NCBI GenBank assembly: GCA_031552815.1
Contig: JAVBMG010000005.1
Coordinates: 42,406 to 106,405 of the forward strand
DNA length: 64,000 bases
Source of the DNA: Opitutales bacterium
Lineage (GTDB): Bacteria; Verrucomicrobiota; Verrucomicrobiia; Opitutales; JAVBMG01
Direction of reading: 5' to 3'
The notes under the pieces are model-generated. The model was given only the letters and a program-made list of their open reading frames with translations, was not told where the DNA came from and ran no database searches. Below, one piece after another: positions 18,092-26,325 of this stretch. The position numbers were made by a program, and so were the translations under genes. Position 1 is the first letter of the stretch. Each line of letters starts with the position of its first letter.

Positions 18092-19060
18092 ATGTCCAAA
18101 CGCAAAAAGTCAGATTTGCCCGAAGAAGAAAAAAAGACGACCCTTTACACGATCAAACTCACGGATGAACAGATCAGCAAGCTGGGTGCGTTGTTGAAGG
18201 CGCGCGGGTACACATTTGCCGAGCTTCCTTATGCACGTTTTGCTTATAAAGGGAAGAATGTGAATGTCGTGGCTTACGAAAGCGGAAAATGTGTGGTACA
18301 AGGGAAGGGAACGGAGGAATTTGTTACTTTCATCCTGGAAGGCGAGATTACAGGGGAGGCAAAGTTCGGGTACGATGATGTGCTTCATCCGGAGTGGTTT
18401 GAGACACATGCAGGCATGGACGAGTGTGGCAAGGGCGATTTCTTTGGTCCGTTGATTTCCTGCTGCGTGGTTGCGGACGGTGATATGGTTCGCGAATGGC
18501 GAGAGGCGGGTATCCAGGATTCCAAGAAAATCAGTGACAGAAGCATTCTGAAACTGGAGAAAATCATCCGCAAAACGAAAGGGGTGGTCGTGGAATACGC
18601 GTATTGTTCGATGGAACGTTATAACGATCTGATGTCGAAACCTAAGGCCAACCTCAACCGTTTGCTTTCATGGCTGCATGCAAAATCCTTGAGTGCTGCC
18701 CTTGAAAAACGCATGGTTCCCTGGGGCTTGCTGGACCAGTTTTCAGCACGTGATGAAATCAGCCAGTATTTTTCGATGGAGGGTTTTACGCTGAAAATGC
18801 GCACAAAGGCGGAAGAGGATCCTGTCGTGGCGGCAGCATCAGTCTGTGCACGCGCAGAATTCCTGCGTCAGATGGATGCGCTTTCAAAAATCGCCGGGGA
18901 ATCGCTGAAGAAAGGAGCATCTGCTGCAGTGAAAGAACAGGGGAAGCAATTGGTTGAAAAACTGGGTTCTGACAGGCTTCCCGAATTTGCAAAGATGCAT
19001 TTCCGTACAGCCTATGAGGTACTGGGTCTTCCGGTGCCGGAAAAGAAGCAGTGGTCCTGA
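18092..19060 (+). CDS. rnhC: Ribonuclease HIII
   Basis: N-terminal TBP-like domain (AYESGKCVVQGKG); GMDECGKGDFFGP, IQDSKK, LDQF, VAAASVCAR, KMHF. Confidence 0.93.
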   Translation: MSKRKKSDLPEEEKKTTLYTIKLTDEQISKLGALLKARGYTFAELPYARFAYKGKNVNVVAYESGKCVVQGKGTEEFVTFILEGEITGEAKFGYDDVLHPEWFETHAGMDECGKGDFFGPLISCCVVADGDMVREWREAGIQDSKKISDRSILKLEKIIRKTKGVVVEYAYCSMERYNDLMSKPKANLNRLLSWLHAKSLSAALEKRMVPWGLLDQFSARDEISQYFSMEGFTLKMRTKAEEDPVVAAASVCARAEFLRQMDALSKIAGESLKKGASAAVKEQGKQLVEKLGSDRLPEFAKMHFRTAYEVLGLPVPEKKQWS

Positions 19061-19091
19061 TCTTGCCGTGAAGAAAAACGCACAGGATCGG

Positions 19092-19748
19092 ATGGCTTTT
19101 GATTTGTCGTATCTTGGCGATCATGACGGTATCATCGGGGTAGATGAGGCGGGAAGAGGTTGTCTTGCGGGTCCTGTCGTAGCAGGGGCTGTTTACATCG
19201 CAAAGCATCTTTATGGGGATAAGACGTTTCATAGCGTATTTTGTGCAGTGAATGATTCCAAGCAGCTTTCCGAGCGGAGAAGGGAGATATGTTATGCATT
19301 GATAGAGCAGTGGGCAAAGGACGGTAACATGCGTTTTGCTTCGGGAATTGGCAGTGTTTCAGAGATAGAAAAGCTGAATATTCTGGGGGCAAACAGGCTT
19401 GCCATGCAACGGGCAATCGAAGCGGTTTCGGTATGTCCTGTGGGGGAGAAAATCCTTGTGGACGGACTGCCGCTGAAACCATTCCCTTACAGGCATGAAG
19501 GTATTGTCAAGGGTGACGCAAAGAGTCTGGCGGTGGCCTGTGCTTCTGTTGTGGCAAAAGTTACGCGCGACCGGATGATGCAATTATTGGATGCTGAGTT
19601 TCCGGGATATGGACTGGCTGTGCACAAGGGATATGCTACCGCGGACCATCAGCATGCCATTCTTGAATTAGGAGCAAGCAGCTGTCACCGTGAGAAATTC
19701 TTGCGAAAACTGAAAGTGAAGGAATCGCAAATGGACTTAGGCCTGTAA
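19092..19748 (+). CDS. rnhB: Ribonuclease HII (start moved to MAFDL; GTG at 19068 is possible)
   Basis: GVDEAGRGCLAGPVVA, NDSKQLS, LVDG, VKGDAKS, HKGY. Confidence 0.93.
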   Translation: MAFDLSYLGDHDGIIGVDEAGRGCLAGPVVAGAVYIAKHLYGDKTFHSVFCAVNDSKQLSERRREICYALIEQWAKDGNMRFASGIGSVSEIEKLNILGANRLAMQRAIEAVSVCPVGEKILVDGLPLKPFPYRHEGIVKGDAKSLAVACASVVAKVTRDRMMQLLDAEFPGYGLAVHKGYATADHQHAILELGASSCHREKFLRKLKVKESQMDLGL

Positions 19749-19789
19749 GGCAAAGATGGGGGAATATCTCAACGATACATTGCAATGCT

Positions 19790-20038
19790 TCAGCGCGGCG
19801 TGTTTTTATGTAAGAGCTCTGCGAGTTCCTGAGGTTCTGCGCTGGCAATGGTTTTGCTTTTTCTTTGCAAATCTTCGACCGTTTTCATGACGGTTTCAGT
19901 CATACGGCCATGCGTTTCTTCTGAACCGCCAATGATGGAGAATTGCTCAGCCTTGGTAAGGCGCTTATGACCGTCTTTATTGTCCAGACCAATGCCCAGC
20001 AGATACCCTTGTTTTTTACTGTCCTTATATTCTTGCAT
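19790..20038 (-). CDS. Small hypothetical protein
   Basis: 82-aa ORF with protein-like composition (LLGIGLDNKDGHKRLT...GGSEETH), co-oriented downstream of GH76. Confidence 0.65.
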   Translation of the reverse strand: MQEYKDSKKQGYLLGIGLDNKDGHKRLTKAEQFSIIGGSEETHGRMTETVMKTVEDLQRKSKTIASAEPQELAELLHKNTPR

Positions 20039-20086
20039 GAGTGACTTGGAGACAGGAAATGTGATGTGTTGTTATTTGCAAGATAT

Positions 20087-21178
20087 TTACTTGTTTTCCT
20101 TTTCGTCCAGTATAAGGACTGCCGCTGCCGAAACGATGGCATCCAAGGCGGAACTGTGTATGATTGCGTCGGTTTCCTTGCAGGGTTGATTCCATACGCC
20201 GCCGAACTGATTGTCCGTGTTCTTGTTTTTCCAAATGGCATTGGCATTTTTCAATATGAAATCTCTGTATGCAGGATCCTTGGTGGCGGCATAAAGCAAA
20301 TAGAAATGACGCATAAAAATACCTTTAAACTGAGCCCCGTCGTCTCCCATACGCGGTTCATTGCGTTCGCGCAGGACACCGTCTTCATGAACCATTTTGG
20401 TCATGGTTGTTTTGGCAAGTTCCTTTGCCAGGGTCATGTATTTTTCGTCCTTGGTGTGCTTGTATACGTTAAGAGCTACAGCGATGGCGATTCCTTGGTT
20501 GTATGTCCAATGCTGATTACGATTCGGCTTTCCGTCCTTTTCAAGGCCATCCTCAATGAAATACGACTCGGTATTGATGATTCCTGATTTTTCATACCAT
20601 GCCCATGTCTTATTGGCCCATTCAAGATAGGTCAGCCCATTTACTTTTGTTTCCGGAAGAATCTCACTGAAGCGATAACCGAGAATGATGAAAAGTCCGT
20701 TTGTAATAGCATTTTTGTACTTAACATCTTTTTTCCAGAAAACACCGCCGTTAAATTCGTCGGTCCATCCTGTAGTCATATCCTTGAAAATGAACTCGGA
20801 CATGCGCAGATAGTCAGGATTCTTTGTTAATTCGTAAGCATCCAGCCAGGCGATTGCCCACCAACCTTCGTCGTCATAGTAATCATTAAGGAAATTCTGG
20901 GTTTTTGCTTTTTCAAACGTATTTGCAATGACCGGAAAATAGAGGTCGGATTTTGTGTATTTACTGAAAAGAATGATCGTTGTTAATCCGTTTGCGCTAT
21001 TCCACCAGTTTTTCCAAATGCCGGTATCTTTGTTGTACCATTGCTGGAATGTTTCGATACCAACCTTTGCCTGGTAAATCGCTTCGTCTTTGCCTGGCGT
21101 TTCAGTTTGGGCAAAGCCTGATACCCATGGTAGCATAAATGCCATAATAAGGCAGAAAACTGTCTTTGTTTTTCCCAT
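20087..21178 (-). CDS. Secreted GH76 alpha-1,6-mannanase-like glycoside hydrolase
   Basis: Signal peptide; WWNSAN, YDDEGWWAIAW (catalytic DD), GGVFW, KNAITN, WTYNQG, QFKGIFMR. Confidence 0.88.
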   Translation of the reverse strand: MGKTKTVFCLIMAFMLPWVSGFAQTETPGKDEAIYQAKVGIETFQQWYNKDTGIWKNWWNSANGLTTIILFSKYTKSDLYFPVIANTFEKAKTQNFLNDYYDDEGWWAIAWLDAYELTKNPDYLRMSEFIFKDMTTGWTDEFNGGVFWKKDVKYKNAITNGLFIILGYRFSEILPETKVNGLTYLEWANKTWAWYEKSGIINTESYFIEDGLEKDGKPNRNQHWTYNQGIAIAVALNVYKHTKDEKYMTLAKELAKTTMTKMVHEDGVLRERNEPRMGDDGAQFKGIFMRHFYLLYAATKDPAYRDFILKNANAIWKNKNTDNQFGGVWNQPCKETDAIIHSSALDAIVSAAAVLILDEKENK

Positions 21179-21363
21179 TTCGTGTCTTACAATTTTTAAT
21201 AACCGATCTTCGCGTAAAGTTGCCGTAACTGTTTTTAGTAGTAAACAATAATCATCAAAGTGACAAAAATACGGGCTAAAGCATTGAACAGATAATAATA
21301 TCTATATGCCAAATGCGGAAAGCCAAGTAAAAGGGGAGGGAAGATTGTGAGCAATGCTGTTAA

Positions 21364-22488
21364 TCAATCTTCGTCGGGAACAACGATAAGTTGCTTATCC
21401 TCTATATCTGTACGAACACCGATGGCGGAGACGAGACAATCGAGCGCGGATGTGTGCCGGATGGATGTTGTTTCCTGGCAAGGTTCAGACCAAGGCCCAT
21501 TGAACTGGTTTGTTTTTTTGTTCCTGTTTTTCCAGATCTCGTTGGCATTCTTGATGATGAAATTCTTGTATTCGGGTTTTTTAGTTACTTCATAGAGCGT
21601 ATACAGATGCCGCATGAAGACGCCTTTAAACTGGTCACAATCATCATTAACGCTGCCGTCCGTGAAATCCCGGAGGATTCCGCCTGATGTTACCATGCGT
21701 TTCATGGTTGTTTCGGCGAGTTTTTCGGAAAGGGTGAGGTATTTTTTGTTCTTGGTAATCTTATAGAATTCAAGCGATGCTGCCATGGTGACCCCCTGAT
21801 TGTAGGTAAAGTGGACGTTGATCAGACCTCCTTCGGGTTTCATGGCATCTTCGATAAAGTATTCATTGGTGTTGATCATCCCTGATTTTTCGTACCATTC
21901 CCATATCTTCTTTGCCCAATCAAGATAAGTGAGCCCGTCCACTTTAACGAGCGGTTTGTGTTCATTGAGACGGAGAGCAAGAAGGATAAACAACCCGTTC
22001 TCAATGGCATTCATGTTCTTGTGATCCTTTTTCCAGTAGATTCCTCCGGAGAATCCGGGCCGTTTATCATTTTTTGCATAGCCGTTTGTCATGTCTTCAA
22101 AGATAACCTGAGCCATCTTAAGATAATCGACATTCTTTGTGAGTTCGTATGCCTCAACCCAGGCAAGCGCCCACCAGCCTTCATCGTCATAGAATTCATT
22201 CAGGAATTTGTTTCCCTTATTCTTCTCGAAGGTATTTTTTATTGTGGCTGCATAGCTGCGCGATCCGGTAAATTTGCAATAACGGATGATGGCAGTAAGT
22301 GAATTTGCGCTGTTCCACCATCCGCGCCAGGTTCCTTTATCCTTGTCGTACCATTTGAGCAGCACATCAACGCCGGTCTTTGCTCTTTCTATTGCTTCAT
22401 CGCGCGGACTGCGCATCTGAGCAAGACTCGCTGAAGAAAATATGGCAAAGGTTAGGAACAAAAACAGAATTGTACGGAACTGTCTCAT
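21364..22488 (-). CDS. Secreted GH76 glycoside hydrolase, tandem paralog (start moved to MRQFRT)
   Basis: WWNSAN, FYDDEGWWALAW, GGIYW, FTYNQG, QFKGVFMR. Confidence 0.88.
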   Translation of the reverse strand: MRQFRTILFLFLTFAIFSSASLAQMRSPRDEAIERAKTGVDVLLKWYDKDKGTWRGWWNSANSLTAIIRYCKFTGSRSYAATIKNTFEKNKGNKFLNEFYDDEGWWALAWVEAYELTKNVDYLKMAQVIFEDMTNGYAKNDKRPGFSGGIYWKKDHKNMNAIENGLFILLALRLNEHKPLVKVDGLTYLDWAKKIWEWYEKSGMINTNEYFIEDAMKPEGGLINVHFTYNQGVTMAASLEFYKITKNKKYLTLSEKLAETTMKRMVTSGGILRDFTDGSVNDDCDQFKGVFMRHLYTLYEVTKKPEYKNFIIKNANEIWKNRNKKTNQFNGPWSEPCQETTSIRHTSALDCLVSAIGVRTDIEDKQLIVVPDED

Positions 22489-22502
22489 GATATGATTTGG
22501 TT

Positions 22503-23159
22503 TTAGATTTCCATTCTTTTGGGGCATTTCAAGGCATTGATTCTTTCCATGATGCGGTTTGCTGCCTCCTGATAGCGGTCAGGATGGCTTTCTCCCGGAT
22601 CATATTCAGACGGTAACATAGGAGCTCCGTAAAGAATATCAACAGGATAGAAGAAATTGGGAATCTTCATGTATCTGTTCCAGACTTGAAAAGTGCCAAT
22701 AATCTTTGCAGGAATCACCGCGACTTTTGTACGACATGCCATCAATCCGACTCCGGGTTGGGCGGGTTTAGGATAGCCATCCTCCGAACGTGTGCCTTCC
22801 GGGAACAGAATGAGTCCCTGCTCTTGTTTGAGTAGCCCGAAAACACGTTTCATGGCGGATGCGTCGGAACCGTCGCGATCGACAGGGATCGTATTCAAAC
22901 GGCTTAGCGTCCAGTTGCCGATTTTTGTTTTAAACAGGGTTTTCCTGGCAAAGTAGAATACATCCCGATGCAATGAGGCGCCGAATGCCGGTGGGTCAAA
23001 GTAACTCAAATGATTCCCGGTAAGCAGGTAGGATCCTGTTTTCGGGACTCTGTTCGCACCATAGGATTCGCCGCGGAAAAACAGGCTTAAGGTGGTTCGG
23101 GTGATTGCTACGACAAGTAAATAGATGCTATGCGTCTGTGGCTGCTTATGAAATCTCAT
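22503..23159 (-). CDS. plsC: 1-acyl-sn-glycerol-3-phosphate acyltransferase (start moved to the ATG overlapping the galM stop)
   Basis: NHLSYFD, FFARKTLF, IPVDR, FPEGTRS; ATGA overlap at 23156-23159. Confidence 0.9.
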   Translation of the reverse strand: MRFHKQPQTHSIYLLVVAITRTTLSLFFRGESYGANRVPKTGSYLLTGNHLSYFDPPAFGASLHRDVFYFARKTLFKTKIGNWTLSRLNTIPVDRDGSDASAMKRVFGLLKQEQGLILFPEGTRSEDGYPKPAQPGVGLMACRTKVAVIPAKIIGTFQVWNRYMKIPNFFYPVDILYGAPMLPSEYDPGESHPDRYQEAANRIMERINALKCPKRMEI

Positions 23160-24211
23160 TCTTTTACTGAAAATTTGAATGCCGTGTGCGAGGTGAATGT
23201 TTCGCCGGGACGGAGGATTGTGGAGGGGAATTCCGATTGGTTCGGCGAATTGGGAAAATGTTGGGTTTCCAGGCAAAATGCCTGTTGATTTCCGTACGGT
23301 TTTCCGTTTTTTCCGGTTGGCAGACCTTCAACCCAATTTGCTGTGTAAAGCTGAAGGGATGGTTCGGTTGTGTAGCATTCCATGATGCGTCCGCTTTCCG
23401 GATCGCAGGCTGTAGCAGCCAGTGCAAATTTCCCTCTGTTTGACAACGAAAACGGGTGATCGTAACCGCGGGTCGGAGCAAGTGCCGGATCCTTAAAATC
23501 ACGGCCAATCGTTTTCATCTTTGTAAAATCGAAAGTGGTTCCGTGGACGAGAAGCAGATAGCCCAGAGGAATTTGATTTTCGTCCAGCGGGGCATAGTGC
23601 GTAGCTTCAATTTGTAATTGTTGGTCGAAAACATCCGGATGCCGATGTCCCTGAAGATTGAAGTAAGAGTGATTGGTCAGATTAATGACAGTGGCTTTAT
23701 CGGTAACAGCTTTATACTGTATATGCAGCGTACTGTCATCAGTCAGACGGTAGCATACCTCTGTGTCAAGGTTACCGGGATAACCTTCTTCCCCGTCAAC
23801 ACTATGGCAGGAGAGAAGCAATGAGGGTTCGTTTCCGTCAATGACGTTGGCTTTCCAGAGTTTTTTGTCGAATCCGATACTGCCGCCGTGCAGATGATTC
23901 GGGCCATTATTGACAATGCCACGGTATTCTTTGCCGTCTATGCTATATCTTCCTTCCTGTATGCGGTTCGCGTAACGGCCGATGACAGCACCGAAATAAC
24001 AGGTATTGTACTTGAGATAATCTTCCAGTTTATCAAACCCCAGAACGATGTCAGTTGTTTTCCCGTTTTTATCAGGAACATGCAATTCCGTGATAATTGC
24101 TCCATAAGTGATTACTTTTACGGATATTCCGTCATCATTGCTTAGCGTGAAGATATCGACCGGACGTCCGTCTGGCAGTGTTCCGTAAGGTCTCCGAATA
24201 ATATTACTCAT
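23156..24211 (-). CDS. galM: Aldose 1-epimerase (mutarotase); start moved to MSNIIRR
   Basis: GAVIGRYANRI, NHLHGG, NLTNHSYFNL, YDH, CLETQHFPNSPN. Confidence 0.93.
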   Translation of the reverse strand: MSNIIRRPYGTLPDGRPVDIFTLSNDDGISVKVITYGAIITELHVPDKNGKTTDIVLGFDKLEDYLKYNTCYFGAVIGRYANRIQEGRYSIDGKEYRGIVNNGPNHLHGGSIGFDKKLWKANVIDGNEPSLLLSCHSVDGEEGYPGNLDTEVCYRLTDDSTLHIQYKAVTDKATVINLTNHSYFNLQGHRHPDVFDQQLQIEATHYAPLDENQIPLGYLLLVHGTTFDFTKMKTIGRDFKDPALAPTRGYDHPFSLSNRGKFALAATACDPESGRIMECYTTEPSLQLYTANWVEGLPTGKNGKPYGNQQAFCLETQHFPNSPNQSEFPSTILRPGETFTSHTAFKFSVKE

Positions 24212-24362
24212 GGCGATACACGTTAACATTTTCTTTTTCCGATGGAACAATAATCAGAGAGAAGATGTATTTCATTCGGTTTTGAACGGTAGCCTGACTG
24301 TAGCAGTTCCTCCCATGACCTGTCGTAGCGATACGCGAACCGAGATATGAACGATTCTGCGC

Positions 24363-25508
24363 TCAGAATTTCAGAGGTCTTGCCGGAGTGTCAGGCGTTG
24401 CAGGGGGTGCGTTGGGATCGGGAGGCGGCTGGGCGATCACCGGTTTTGTTTGTTGCTGCGGATGTGTTTTCTCGTACGTTTTCCAGTAATAAAAAATGCC
24501 TTCGGAAAGCGCTTTGACTAGGGATTTCTGATACTGGCTGTCACTGAGCAATGCGCCTTCGGTGGCGTTTGAGAGAAATCCCAGTTCAACGAGAACGGCT
24601 GGGCATTTTGCGTCGCGGAGAACAATAAACCGTTGCCGTTTGACTCCTCTGTCCGGCGATTTGGTCTCAGTGACAAGTTGCCGTTGAATATAATATGCAA
24701 GCACCATACTCCAAGCGTTGTTTTGGTTCCCGTTATAGTATTGCTTGTCCGTAGGTTGAATTGTGTCACGGTTAGACGGGGGATGTCCTTGCGAGGGAAA
24801 CGCAAAGACTTCTATCCCTTTGACAGTGGCATTGGCGGCGGCATTGCAGTGCAGGCTGATGAATAAATCCGCATCGAGTTTATTGGCAATATCAGGGCGT
24901 TCTTCCAATGTGAGGAATTTATCCTGGTTCCGGGTGAGAATCACTTCATAGCCTTGGGCTCCGAGCGACTCTGCAAGCAGGTTGCTGACTTGGAGCGTTA
25001 TATTTTTTTCCTGAAGACCGAGGGTTTTATTTTGTGTCCCGGAATCATGAGCGCCATGTCCTGCGTCGATGATAATGCGGTGCAAGGGCTTCAATGCCGG
25101 ATTTTTTCCCGGAGACAGTATGGGTGATATGCTGTTGTCGTAGTCTGACTTGGCTATATAGAACTGCCCGTTTGCCTTGATGACTGGAAAACTGAATGTA
25201 ACAATGACTCCGCATATTTTCACATCACGGCGATGTTCTTCGCCTGAGATGTTTATTCCTGGACCGGTGATTGAAAAGGCTTTGTCCTTGTCATTATACG
25301 GACTCAGCGAGAGTTTCATTGACTTGGCAATGAGGTCAGCGCAGATGTAGGTTTCTCCTTTGTATACGATTGCCTGGTGTTCGTCGGCAGTCGAGTTCGC
25401 ATAAACAAAAACCCCTGTTGCCAGAAAAAGAGACAACAGGAGCAGTCCAATGACTTTATAAAGACGCCGCATCTGCTTACGGTTCTGATCGTTCTCAATC
25501 TTCTCCAT
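24363..25508 (-). CDS. N-acetylmuramoyl-L-alanine amidase (Amidase_3)
   Basis: IIIDAGHG, EKNITL, FISLHCNA, VLVELGFLSN zinc ligands; N-terminal TM/signal segment. Confidence 0.9.
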   Translation of the reverse strand: MEKIENDQNRKQMRRLYKVIGLLLLSLFLATGVFVYANSTADEHQAIVYKGETYICADLIAKSMKLSLSPYNDKDKAFSITGPGINISGEEHRRDVKICGVIVTFSFPVIKANGQFYIAKSDYDNSISPILSPGKNPALKPLHRIIIDAGHGAHDSGTQNKTLGLQEKNITLQVSNLLAESLGAQGYEVILTRNQDKFLTLEERPDIANKLDADLFISLHCNAAANATVKGIEVFAFPSQGHPPSNRDTIQPTDKQYYNGNQNNAWSMVLAYYIQRQLVTETKSPDRGVKRQRFIVLRDAKCPAVLVELGFLSNATEGALLSDSQYQKSLVKALSEGIFYYWKTYEKTHPQQQTKPVIAQPPPDPNAPPATPDTPARPLKF

Positions 25509-26142
25509 CCATCATATCTTCGTCGCTGTCGTCTTCGAATTCTTCGTCTCCTTGAGAATAGATGAGTTTACGTTTATTTGCCGGCAACGGGGACATGGTC
25601 ATCATAACAAAACGGCCCTGGGCGCGCGGTTCGTGGTCGGGAATGCCAATGTGTGCGAGGTCAGGAGCTACTTTTGCCATCCGTTCGAGGGCCATGGCGG
25701 ATTGTTGCATTTCACGTCCTCTCAGCATAAGAGTGAATTTTACTTTATTGCCAAGATTCATAAACTGCTCGGCTTTGCGCAGCTTTGTCATATAATCGTG
25801 CTGACCAGTGACAAGACGGAATTTTACTTCTTTTACTTTCGTAGCTGTCTGTTTGCTGTCCTTGGATTTCTTTGACTGCTCGTATTTATATTTGCCGTAA
25901 TCAAGGATACGACAAACGGGAGGCCGGGCGGTCGGAGATATTTCAACAAGATCCAGCCCTCGTTTCTTTGCGAGTTCAATAGCCTGTTTTGTCGATAGAA
26001 TTCCGACTTGTGCTCCGTCAGCGTCGATGCAACGGACTTCTTCCGCACGGATTCGTTCATTGATGCGAGTTTGCGGAGTGCCGGAGGATCTCCGGTCATA
26101 TCTATTGTATGGATGATTTCTTTTAGGTGGAATGATTGCCAT
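25495..26142 (-). CDS. infC: Translation initiation factor IF-3
   Basis: RINERIRAEEVR, LDLVEISP, PPVCRILDYGKYKY, KEVKFR, LRGRE. Confidence 0.96.
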   Translation of the reverse strand: MAIIPPKRNHPYNRYDRRSSGTPQTRINERIRAEEVRCIDADGAQVGILSTKQAIELAKKRGLDLVEISPTARPPVCRILDYGKYKYEQSKKSKDSKQTATKVKEVKFRLVTGQHDYMTKLRKAEQFMNLGNKVKFTLMLRGREMQQSAMALERMAKVAPDLAHIGIPDHEPRAQGRFVMMTMSPLPANKRKLIYSQGDEEFEDDSDEDMMDGED

Positions 26143-26325
26143 TAATTCGACTGATTTTTCTCTTATGGTTTATTTTAAACCATGAATCTTAAGAGATTGG
26201 CGAAACTTTGCAGCATTTCAACCATTAAAAGAAAATAAAGAAGGTTTCTGAAGCCGGCTTTTTACTCGCCATTGAGAGTGCTTATGCTTTTTATAGGCGG
26301 ACATTTTTAACATGCATATTATCTT

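Noticed and set aside
17887-18100. tRNA-Gln as an integration site for a genomic island
   Set aside because: It is followed by its terminator and the core gene rnhC. No integrase or duplicated tRNA 3' end was seen in the window.
24251-24362. Partial motif (ACGGTAGCC) and weak stems in the galM-amidase spacer
   Set aside because: One mismatch and no convincing paired structure, so it was not called as an RNA element.
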